This document shows, piece by piece, positions 20,673-28,273 of a stretch of 64,000 nt of DNA (its first letter is position 1; each line of letters begins with the position of its first letter). The notes under the pieces were generated by a model. The model did no database searches and was not told the origin of the DNA. It saw nothing but the letters and a program-made list of their open reading frames with translations. The translations under genes and the position numbers were made by a program. Source of the DNA: a virus (taxonomy: Duplodnaviria; Caudoviricetes). The stretch lies in IMG/VR virus record IMGVR_UViG_3300048861_000178, positions 32,001 to 96,000 of that record. One strand, 5' to 3'.

Positions 20673-20677
20673 GCAGC

Positions 20678-20731
20678 GGCATTGAGAGCCCTGTCGCTCT
20701 CCCCAAGGGAGGGTGGCGGGGTTCTTATGTT
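20678..20731 (+). other. 21-bp+ RNA hairpin (6 G-U pairs in the core)
   Basis: TGAGAGCCCTGTCGCTCTCCC-CAA-GGGAGGGTGGCGGGGTTCTTA. Confidence 0.75.
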
Positions 20732-20755
20732 CGTTCTATCAAGAGAGTTAAGAGA

Positions 20756-21805
20756 ATGGCTATTCGAGATTTTTGGGGCTTTGACAATATCCCCCCTTAC
20801 ACGAGCGGTGCCACGGCGCTCAACTACTTACGGCCCGATATTACGGTCTCTAACTATTACCTTAGCTACGGAACCGTGTTGAAGGGTACTGGTAGCTGGG
20901 CGAACTGGCTTGTGTGCACCGGCGGCACTAACCCGTATCCGAACACGAACTACGGGACCTACAATCCGCTCATTTCTGTCCCCTATCAGAACCTCAGCGA
21001 TTTCACCACGACGCGTAGCTTTATGGGGATGCGGTTTCAGATCAATAACAACTCATTCTCTACCCAGGTGCTGTACCTACAGAACACGGCAGGCACCAAA
21101 CAGACGCTGTTGCTCAATACCCAGCTCGCCCTGAACACCTCGCAGTACGTCGAGGTGATGATTGATCGCACTAACACGCAGATTGTGGTATGGGTCGACG
21201 GCGTGCAGGTCTCGAGCACGTTCTTTGACTTCAATGCGTTTGTGTCGGCGGATGGTAATGCGTGGCTGGTATTCGGTTGTAACACTGGTTCTGCGCTTTA
21301 CACCTGGTACATGCGTGATGCGTACTTCCTCGATGACACCCAGGATGCCACGCAATGTAATCGTCTGGGTCCGGTGGATGTGCGCGCTCAAGCGCTCGCT
21401 TCGGTAACTGCACCGAACTGGGTGTCAAGCGACAGTGCAACCGCATTGGCGGATTTGTCGAGTCCCTTTACGACGACCGCTGGCTCACTCACTGCACCGA
21501 CGCTCACGGAACCATCGACGATGGACCCGGTGCAGTTTACGCTTTCCAACGCGAACCTCATCGCAGGCGAGAGCATTCTGGGCGTGAAAGCGGATATCAC
21601 CGGACAGCGCATCGGTGGTTACGCGTACGCGCCTCAGATCTCGATGAAGTGGAATAACCAGACTGTGAACGGCAAGCAAATGAAGTATGCGACCCCGAGC
21701 ACCTGGAACTACAACCAGAATGCTTTCCTGCTGGAAAAAGCGCCTGACGGGACACCCTGGACGCCGCAGGCGGTAGCAGGCGCCGTGGCAATCCTCACCC
21801 CGTAA
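20756..21805 (+). CDS. family B lectin-like virion protein
   Basis: Start moved to MAIRDFWGFD by paralogy; YVEVMID, RDAYFLD..RLGPV, APDGTPWT. Confidence 0.7.
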   Translation: MAIRDFWGFDNIPPYTSGATALNYLRPDITVSNYYLSYGTVLKGTGSWANWLVCTGGTNPYPNTNYGTYNPLISVPYQNLSDFTTTRSFMGMRFQINNNSFSTQVLYLQNTAGTKQTLLLNTQLALNTSQYVEVMIDRTNTQIVVWVDGVQVSSTFFDFNAFVSADGNAWLVFGCNTGSALYTWYMRDAYFLDDTQDATQCNRLGPVDVRAQALASVTAPNWVSSDSATALADLSSPFTTTAGSLTAPTLTEPSTMDPVQFTLSNANLIAGESILGVKADITGQRIGGYAYAPQISMKWNNQTVNGKQMKYATPSTWNYNQNAFLLEKAPDGTPWTPQAVAGAVAILTP

Positions 21806-21820
21806 TCCAAGGGATCGAAC

Positions 21821-22903
21821 ATGGCTCTTCACGATTTATGGCATTTTGAAAATGCCCCGGTTGGCCAGAACTTGGTGTCGACGTTGTGGTCGTCCAGTGT
21901 GGCCTATACCGGAAGCGGCGGGCTCTATAATCAGAACACTGGGTTGCCGGGTATGTTGACCTATCAGGGCACCACGGCCAATACCTGGGCTGTGTCCGCC
22001 GATGGCTTTCTGGTCAATACAGCCAATGCGTCTGGTGCAGCGGGTTCGCTCTTTATTGCGACAGCCTCGGTGATGGATTTCACCACGCCGACGCAGTACT
22101 GGTTTGGCTTTCGCACCAAGCTGGTGGCAGGCACGCCGAGCGCGACGGCGAACTTCTTGATCGTCTCCAATACAGCAGGCTATGGTACCTGGTCTTCACT
22201 CCTGAGCGAGACCCAACTGATCAATGCAGGCTTGGCGGTGATTGGGGTCGAGCATTTTGTTGAATGCTTTATCAATCGCACGGCGCTTACGTTCCAGGTA
22301 TATGTGGATGGCTTGTTGGTGAATTCCGGCTCACTAACCAGTACCACCTTTTCGAGCACTAGCTTCCTGACCTTTGGCGCGGCCAACGGATCAGCCGGTG
22401 CGAATATGGCGCGGGGCTTCCGGGACTTCTACTTCTTGGACGTGGACGCCAGCACTCCTGGACGGTTAGGTTCAATCCGAGCAAAAGCGACGACGACCGC
22501 CGCCGCCAACGGTTCGGAATGGACCCCGAATGGTGCCGCCGATCTCGTCACAGCACTCAATACAGCCAACGCCAATCCCCCGGTGGTGACGCCTTATGTG
22601 CAAGCACCTACGGATAACCAACCACTCGCGCTGACGATGGCGACTAACATCGCTGCGGCGGGCAACAAGATTATTGCCGTGCAACCGTCGCTGTCTTATC
22701 AGTCCAGCGGCGCCGGGGTGGTAAAGGTAAACGCGAGCTTGCAAGATAGCGCCAGTAACACTACAGCGCTTGGTCAGTTTGTTAATGGGGGTGGGTTGCA
22801 GCTTAATCAGCGGCTACCCTTTGCTACCATGGCGCCGGATGGGTCCAGTTGGACACCGGCTAAGATTAACCAGAGTCAGTTTGTGCTGACTCCTACCTCA
22901 TAA
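21821..22903 (+). CDS. family B lectin-like virion protein
   Basis: MALHDLWHFE, FVECFIN, RDFYFLD..RLGSI, APDGSSWT. Confidence 0.7.
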   Translation: MALHDLWHFENAPVGQNLVSTLWSSSVAYTGSGGLYNQNTGLPGMLTYQGTTANTWAVSADGFLVNTANASGAAGSLFIATASVMDFTTPTQYWFGFRTKLVAGTPSATANFLIVSNTAGYGTWSSLLSETQLINAGLAVIGVEHFVECFINRTALTFQVYVDGLLVNSGSLTSTTFSSTSFLTFGAANGSAGANMARGFRDFYFLDVDASTPGRLGSIRAKATTTAAANGSEWTPNGAADLVTALNTANANPPVVTPYVQAPTDNQPLALTMATNIAAAGNKIIAVQPSLSYQSSGAGVVKVNASLQDSASNTTALGQFVNGGGLQLNQRLPFATMAPDGSSWTPAKINQSQFVLTPTS

Positions 22904-22913
22904 GGGGGCGTGA

Positions 22914-24542
22914 ATGACGACAACCGTTCGCTATTTTGCCCCGCTCGTCTGGCAGGGTACAACCAGTTACGCGCAAGTCCGTCAGGCCTCGCCCGTAGCG
23001 TGGTCGCAGCAAAGCGTGAGCGCCTATCTGCGTAATGTGCAAGCGGTGCAGTGGTTTCAAAGCCCGACACCGGTGAATCTGCGCAAGGTGAGTGCGCTGC
23101 AATGGGCTCAGGACGCGTCGCTGGTCAACATGCGTCGTGCCGTGGCGTTGCAGTGGACGCAAGACGTGCTCGGCTTGAAACTGCGTAACGCGCAGGCGGT
23201 GACCTGGACGAAATCGTCTACGCGCGGTGTGTTGCGTCAAGCCTCCGCGTTTACCTTGCAGAAGTCTTCCACGCAAGGGGCATTGCGGCAAATCAGTGCG
23301 TTTACCTTGCAAAAGACCACGGTAGCCACCACCAAGGGCGGTCTCACCGGTTTGTGGGCGCTGATCCAGGCAGATGCGAAACAGACTATTTTGCAGTCAC
23401 AGCTTACAGTCAGTGCCCCGGTTGCGGACACCTCGAAGCTGAACTGCAATACGTACGTGACAGTGGCGCCGACCGGTGCATTGTTGCAGCAGTACTCGGG
23501 CACCACCAAGCTCTACTACAATCGCGTCGACATCAATAACGCTTTTCTGGGCGGCACCAATAACACCTGGAAGCTCGGCACGATAGCTTCAGCCACCACC
23601 ATCCGCGCGCTGATCCCCCAGATCAACACGCAGTATGGCTTGACGCTTGATCCGACCGATGTAGTAGACGGTCCGGTTGCAGCAGGGGCGACCAAGTTGC
23701 AGCTGGTGGCCGACCCGAACAGCTACGTGTTTAATCCGGGTACCTCTTTGTACCTGATGAATGCAACGTCGCTGGCGGCGGCCGTGACGGCAGTGAACTT
23801 GGCTGGTTTTGACAATGCAGCAGGTCAAGGCCCGCTGTCTTACCCGAATGTGGTGTTGAGCGACGCACCTTATGCCTACTACCGTCTGAATGAAACCAGC
23901 GGTACGGTGGCGAAGGATAGCTCAGGCAATGCGCGCAATGGGACGTACACCGGCGCACTGACCTTGGGTAACGCCACGCTGCTCACGCATGATACTGCCA
24001 AGTACCCGCAGTTCCCTGGTTCGGCGACTGCCTATGTGGACGTAACGGCGGCAAAGAACTTCTGTGCGGGTTCGCAATGGACGTTCGAAGCCTGGGTGAA
24101 TGTGACCTCGTATTCGACCAAGGGCGGCTACACAGGTTCGGCCAGCGGTCCAGCCATGCTCACTGACGTGGGCGATACGGGCAGTACGTCACCTGCTACG
24201 GGTCTTGAGCTCTCGTTGCTCGCGCTGGGCAACACGCAGCAAGGGTATTACTACTGGCCTGCGGACAACGTTTCGAGCGCAGCCACGGGCACCCCGATGC
24301 CGGTGGTAGGAACGGCCGTGCATATCGTCTTTACCTACAACGCCGGAACGGTGAGTATGTACAAGAATGGTGCCCTGATCCAGAGCTTCACGGGCGCTAC
24401 AGCGGCGACGATTCGTTCGTTCCTGCGGATCGGTGCAGGTGCATGGGTAGGCGGTCCGATGAACGGCATGATTGGTGAGGTGGCGTTGTACACGAAGGCT
24501 CTTTCAGCAGCCCGCATTCAGGTTCACTACAACAGCAATTAA
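22914..24542 (+). CDS. repeat region + family A module + LamG protein
   Basis: 8x17-aa N-terminal repeat; YSGTTKLYYNRVDI, INTQYGLTLDPTDV; LamG AYYRLNE..WTFEAWV..HIVFTY..GEVALY. Confidence 0.8.
   Translation: MTTTVRYFAPLVWQGTTSYAQVRQASPVAWSQQSVSAYLRNVQAVQWFQSPTPVNLRKVSALQWAQDASLVNMRRAVALQWTQDVLGLKLRNAQAVTWTKSSTRGVLRQASAFTLQKSSTQGALRQISAFTLQKTTVATTKGGLTGLWALIQADAKQTILQSQLTVSAPVADTSKLNCNTYVTVAPTGALLQQYSGTTKLYYNRVDINNAFLGGTNNTWKLGTIASATTIRALIPQINTQYGLTLDPTDVVDGPVAAGATKLQLVADPNSYVFNPGTSLYLMNATSLAAAVTAVNLAGFDNAAGQGPLSYPNVVLSDAPYAYYRLNETSGTVAKDSSGNARNGTYTGALTLGNATLLTHDTAKYPQFPGSATAYVDVTAAKNFCAGSQWTFEAWVNVTSYSTKGGYTGSASGPAMLTDVGDTGSTSPATGLELSLLALGNTQQGYYYWPADNVSSAATGTPMPVVGTAVHIVFTYNAGTVSMYKNGALIQSFTGATAATIRSFLRIGAGAWVGGPMNGMIGEVALYTKALSAARIQVHYNSN
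22926..23333 (+). repeat. eight tandem 51-bp / 17-aa repeats
   Basis: VRYFAPLVWQGTTSYAQ, VRQASPVAWSQQSVSAY, LRNVQAVQWFQSPTPVN, LRKVSALQWAQDASLVN, MRRAVALQWTQDVLGLK, LRNAQAVTWTKSSTRGV, LRQASAFTLQKSSTQGA, LRQISAFTLQKTTVATT. Confidence 0.85.
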
Positions 24543-24556
24543 GTGAGTGAGAGAGT

Positions 24557-24578
24557 AAAAAAATACTTGCATCCTATG
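24557..24578 (+). promoter_or_regulatory. putative late promoter followed by a leader hairpin
   Basis: AAAAAAATACTTGCATCCTATG; hairpin TGCCGGGTCC..GGACCCGGCA at 24577-24605. Confidence 0.6.
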
Positions 24579-24639
24579 CCGGGTCCGTATAAGAAGGACC
24601 CGGCAGTGCAGTAGATCACTTCTCCTTTAAGGAACGGAA

Positions 24640-25182
24640 ATGGCAAAAATCAACGCATCGTTGTCGGCGTTGGACAACCTGCTCGCGCTCGTCAATGCTG
24701 CTAATACCGGCCAAACGATCACGAACACGCAAGTGACTGCAGGTGCGCCCAGCGTCAAATCCGATACGGGTGACGGTCGTAACACCACGGTGGCACTGAC
24801 GGCTGTCGGTGGCCAAGGCTACACGGGTTCGGTCTCCGTCAACTACACGCGCCGGGGTCTGAACGACTCGGTGCTCAGCCCGGTCGATAGCTACACCGCG
24901 ACCACCGGTACCACGGCAGCTGCGCTCGTGACGGCGCTCGCCGCCCAGCTCGGCCTCGTGGAGTCGGAAGTCCACCTCGAAGATCCGGCTGACCCCGGTG
25001 TGGCGCTGTCGGGCGCACAGAGCGGCAATCAGGCCACGCTCGATCTGGTGGCTAACGCAGGTTCGCTGCTGTATGTGGATGGTTCGCTGCAAGCGATCAC
25101 CATGACCTGGCAGGCTCCGCAGGTCGCGCTGTCCACGGCTGTTGCGACGACGGACCTCACGGGTTTCGACGCCGCCAGCTAA
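24640..25182 (+). CDS. tail-fibre family A paralog (module only)
   Basis: TAAGGA RBS; RNTTVAL..GYTGSVSVNYTR; arm LSTAVATTDLTGFD. Confidence 0.75.
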   Translation: MAKINASLSALDNLLALVNAANTGQTITNTQVTAGAPSVKSDTGDGRNTTVALTAVGGQGYTGSVSVNYTRRGLNDSVLSPVDSYTATTGTTAAALVTALAAQLGLVESEVHLEDPADPGVALSGAQSGNQATLDLVANAGSLLYVDGSLQAITMTWQAPQVALSTAVATTDLTGFDAAS

Positions 25183-25200
25183 GCATTTCAGTGCTGAGGA

Positions 25201-25234
25201 AAAGCGGGGCTTCGGCTCCGCTTTTTTATGCCGT
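25201..25234 (+). terminator. intrinsic terminator followed by TTATGCCG
   Basis: AAAAGCGGGGC-TTCG-GCTCCGCTTTT-TTATGCCG. Confidence 0.8.
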
Positions 25235-25283
25235 CAATTTCCACATGGTCATTTTATGACCTTTCCCTATTCTGGCGACAAGT

Positions 25284-26369
25284 ATGCAAATTGATCCGAC
25301 AAAGAGCGCTATCCAGAACCTGCTCGCGCTTGTCGATGGTTCGAACCCATCAGCACCTAATTTACCCAATGAAGTCACAGTGAGTGGCATCACCACAGGA
25401 AGCTTTGCCAACGGGACTGATACGAAAGTCACTTTGACGGGCACGGGCCCGCAGGGTAATTATGCCAACTTTACCGGTAGCGTTGACGTAACGTATAAAC
25501 GTCTCACCCTGGCGACTGAAGCTGCCAGCCCGACAGGCCCAGTCTCGCTGTCGCTCGGTACCAGTAAAGACGCTGCGCTGGCGACGGTGGCCCAATACTT
25601 TGGTTTTATTCCGACGGAGATCAGTGCACCCAGTTTCACGCCACAGGGTGCAGCGGGCAACCAGACAGTGACCTTGCAGGCCAGTGGTTCCTTGATTTAC
25701 GAGGACGGTTCAACCGACATCACGATTAATTGGACGTCGCCGAAGACGGTACTGCTGACTCACTTCGATGGTGCAGTCACGGATACCTCGGTGCCGGATG
25801 TTGCTTCGGGTGGGTCGATTGCCCTCAGTGGTGGAGCAACACTCACGACCACTACCAAGGTGTTTGGTACGGCGGCCTTCCAGGGTAGTGCCAGCAATCC
25901 AGCCTCGTGCGCGAGTGCTGGAGCGAACAACAAGTACATCATGTCGGGCGACTTCACGTTCGAGTGTTTCTTCATCCCGAACGCTGCCGACCTCTCCGGC
26001 GAGAGTATCCTGTTCTCCGAAGGTACGGGTTCTTATATCGATCTCTTCCACAATACGTGGTACGTGTCGCTTGGAACCACAAATGTGCACTTGATCAATG
26101 GCGTAGCTGCGAACCTGGTCGCTGGTACGACCTACCACGTGGCGCTGACACGTCAAGGCACGACCGTGACAATCTGGGTAAACGGGGTTTCGGTTACTAC
26201 GGCCAGTTCGTCATTGCCGTTTGGTGTGTCGGGCGCAAATATGAACATTGGCAATTACAACTCTAATGGCTACGGCGTGAAGGGCGTGCTGGATGAGGCC
26301 CGAATCTCCAATGTTGCTCGCTACACGGCTGCTTTCACCCCGCCGTCTGCACCGTTCACGTTGGACTAA
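25284..26369 (+). CDS. family A module + LamG domain protein
   Basis: FTGSVDVTYKRLTL, GSLIY; DFTFECF..YHVALTR..DEARISNVARYTAAFTPP. Confidence 0.78.
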   Translation: MQIDPTKSAIQNLLALVDGSNPSAPNLPNEVTVSGITTGSFANGTDTKVTLTGTGPQGNYANFTGSVDVTYKRLTLATEAASPTGPVSLSLGTSKDAALATVAQYFGFIPTEISAPSFTPQGAAGNQTVTLQASGSLIYEDGSTDITINWTSPKTVLLTHFDGAVTDTSVPDVASGGSIALSGGATLTTTTKVFGTAAFQGSASNPASCASAGANNKYIMSGDFTFECFFIPNAADLSGESILFSEGTGSYIDLFHNTWYVSLGTTNVHLINGVAANLVAGTTYHVALTRQGTTVTIWVNGVSVTTASSSLPFGVSGANMNIGNYNSNGYGVKGVLDEARISNVARYTAAFTPPSAPFTLD

Positions 26370-26376
26370 GCTCACT

Positions 26377-26418
26377 GCGGCATAAAACGAGGCAGGCTTC
26401 GGCCTGCCTCTATGACGC
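26377..26418. repeat. UUCG hairpin element, near copy of 2236-2276
   Basis: GCGGCATAAAAC-GAGGCAGGC-TTCG-GCCTGCCTC-TATGACGC. Confidence 0.75.
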
Positions 26419-26430
26419 TGATTCTAAAAG

Positions 26431-26451
26431 ATTTCAGCCCTATATAACAAA
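26431..26451 (+). promoter_or_regulatory. putative early phage promoter
   Basis: ATTTCAGCCCTATATAACAAA, 20/21 identical to 58741-58761; resembles the phiKZ early TATATTAC motif. Confidence 0.7.
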
Positions 26452-26519
26452 CCTAGCAATTAGGGAAGTTAAATCATTTCCCTTATTCTTTCCATGAGTT
26501 GATCAATCAGGAGTTCATC

Positions 26520-26798
26520 ATGCAACAAGCACAAGCTGCACGTCTGAAGCACTACATCGTCTTTGGTCCGGTGAACCTCACCGAAGTGACCGAATGCCTG
26601 CAGCTCACGATGGCGCGCGCACAAGAAATCCGTGAACACTTCAATCGGTTGGGTGATGCGATCCCCGAGCAGATGAAGGGTGAGCTCAACCTGCTCAAAG
26701 ACCTGGCCGACCAGGCCCTCGAATACGGCGAACAGATCCTCGCCAATGCAAAGGCATCCTGTGGTGCACAACGTGTACCCTCTGTCACCCTGCATTAA
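26520..26798 (+). CDS. hypothetical helical protein
   Basis: CAGGAG RBS before ATG 26520; first gene after the early promoter. Confidence 0.65.
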   Translation: MQQAQAARLKHYIVFGPVNLTEVTECLQLTMARAQEIREHFNRLGDAIPEQMKGELNLLKDLADQALEYGEQILANAKASCGAQRVPSVTLH

Positions 26799-26809
26799 GG
26801 AGTCTGGCA

Positions 26810-26902
26810 ATGCCGCCACGTTGGAAGAAGTGGGCCATCGAATGGGGCGTCGCTTTGGGCGTGCTCGTCGTGTGGCTCGTCTCAACTCGTTTAAAGATGT
26901 AA
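26810..26902 (+). CDS. 30-aa single-pass membrane peptide (not in ORF track)
   Basis: TAAGGAG RBS; MPPRWKKWAIEWGVALGVLVVWLVSTRLKM. Confidence 0.55.
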   Translation: MPPRWKKWAIEWGVALGVLVVWLVSTRLKM

Positions 26903-26928
26903 TTTGTAGGGGGCGTCACGCGACTTTA

Positions 26929-26981
26929 CCTGGCGGCTGAGGCTTCGGTCTCCCGCCAGGCTCTTTTTCGCTTTTATGCCG
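26929..26981 (+). terminator. terminator followed by TTTTATGCCG
   Basis: CCTGGCGG..TTCG..CCGCCAGG stem, then T-rich tract. Confidence 0.7.
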
Positions 26982-27004
26982 CCCCTTCATTTTCGGAGAA
27001 GGTC

Positions 27005-27319
27005 ATGCCGCGGGCTGAAGATTTTGAAGCGTGTCGTACGCACTATCGCCGCTGCGGTAGTACTTCGACGATTCTGAACGACATCGAGGGCTTGGCAGTG
27101 CAGATTCGCGAGCTCCAACAACAGCATCTGCACAAAGACGGCGAACTGAGTGCGTTTGGCCACGCCCTCAAAGGCAACCCAGTGATCAACAATCGCCTGG
27201 CGCTCTTTACGGGCTTGCTAAAAGCGCACTGCTTTACGGCCGCACGCAGCCAAGCGGTGTTGTTACTCTTTACCTATCGCAAACTGGTGCAGCAGTACAC
27301 CACCCAAAGCGATCAGTAA
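27005..27319 (+). CDS. hypothetical protein
   Basis: GGAGAAGG RBS, 104 aa. Confidence 0.55.
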   Translation: MPRAEDFEACRTHYRRCGSTSTILNDIEGLAVQIRELQQQHLHKDGELSAFGHALKGNPVINNRLALFTGLLKAHCFTAARSQAVLLLFTYRKLVQQYTTQSDQ

Positions 27320-27332
27320 ACGGATTTTTACC

Positions 27333-27349
27333 GAGCTGGTTCATATTAC
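27333..27349 (+). promoter_or_regulatory. putative early promoter
   Basis: GAGCTGGTTCATATTAC; compare GAAGCTGGCGATATATTAC at 30819. Confidence 0.55.
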
Positions 27350-27373
27350 GGTAAACCACATCAAGGACTGGAT

Positions 27374-27568
27374 ATGAAGAAGGATGTCCCTGTACTGGAT
27401 GATCCGCGCGAACGCGCTGCGACTGATCCGTATATTCTCGGTCAGCCCATGGGGTCGGTCGCCGCAGTGATTTTCGTGTGTCTGATGTTTGTTTTTCCTA
27501 TCGGGGCGGCAGTGTATTTCTACTACCACCCGATGACCCATGCTTGCACTCAGGACAAGTGCAAGTAA
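27374..27568 (+). CDS. small single-pass membrane protein
   Basis: AAGGA RBS; hydrophobic stretch VAAVIFVCLMFVFPIGAAVYF. Confidence 0.6.
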   Translation: MKKDVPVLDDPRERAATDPYILGQPMGSVAAVIFVCLMFVFPIGAAVYFYYHPMTHACTQDKCK

Positions 27569-27626
27569 GTTAGACCAAGTCCACTATCGCAACAACCTTT
27601 TACAACGTAAACAAGGAGTAATTAAA

Positions 27627-28187
27627 ATGGGTTTCTGGAGCAAATTTTTGGGTCGTGACGAAATCAACATCGACCAGCTCGAAGTCCTCTTCCACACAGA
27701 AGCCGCGTACTTCGGTGAACATGGCCGCCTCATTGCCAGCAACCGTTCGCTCGGCATCATCGAGAAGGAAGTGATCTTCTGCCTGAAGGGTCACACCAAG
27801 CCGCTGCCGCTGAACCATCGTCTGTTCGCGCACATCTGGAAGGAAGCGCAAGCGCAGGGCTTCATCCCCCTCGAACTCGCCAAGTACGGTTCGGTCATCG
27901 AGTCCGCGGAACCCGATGCCCTGGCTGCACACAAGCGCGTGCTGGCGATCATGGTCGAACACGGTCAGGCTCCGGCACTCGCCGATGGCCGTCAGGTGCT
28001 GCACATGAACCTGGGTGACAAGTCGGCAGCCGAAGCGGAAGCCGCTGTCTCGGGTGCGATGGCTTCGGCCGCTGCAACCAGCGGGCGTGATTACAGCAAT
28101 GTCGAAGTGCCTGCGTATCTGCGCAAGCAACAGGCTGAAGGCGAAGGCTTCCAGACGGCAGGCTTCGCAGCCGCTGCACAAAGCTAA
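27627..28187 (+). CDS. protein with N-terminal amphipathic helix and FtsZ C-terminal-peptide-like motif
   Basis: AAGGAG RBS before MGFWSKFLG; DYSNVEVPAYLRKQQ after an Ala-rich linker. Confidence 0.7.
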   Translation: MGFWSKFLGRDEINIDQLEVLFHTEAAYFGEHGRLIASNRSLGIIEKEVIFCLKGHTKPLPLNHRLFAHIWKEAQAQGFIPLELAKYGSVIESAEPDALAAHKRVLAIMVEHGQAPALADGRQVLHMNLGDKSAAEAEAAVSGAMASAAATSGRDYSNVEVPAYLRKQQAEGEGFQTAGFAAAAQS

Positions 28188-28189
28188 GT

Positions 28190-28247
28190 AAGCCAAGTCG
28201 AGGTGCTTCCTCTGGGGAGCACCTCCGCTGGGCTTCACTTTTTATTT
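28190..28247 (+). terminator. intrinsic terminator
   Basis: GAGGTGCTTCC-TCTG-GGGAGCACCTC core with an extended stem, then a T tract. Confidence 0.65.
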
Positions 28248-28273
28248 CCGTTATTGCAACGAGGAGAATTACC

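Noticed and set aside
20612-20755. 48-aa N-terminal extension in the ORF track
   Set aside because: Overlaps the previous gene and the RNA hairpin; paralogy places the start at 20756.
7788-26369. Diversity-generating retroelement or invertible shufflon driving fibre variation
   Set aside because: No reverse transcriptase, recombinase, inverted cassettes or near-identical template/variable repeats were seen; paralogs are diverged at DNA level. A self-dotplot would be decisive.
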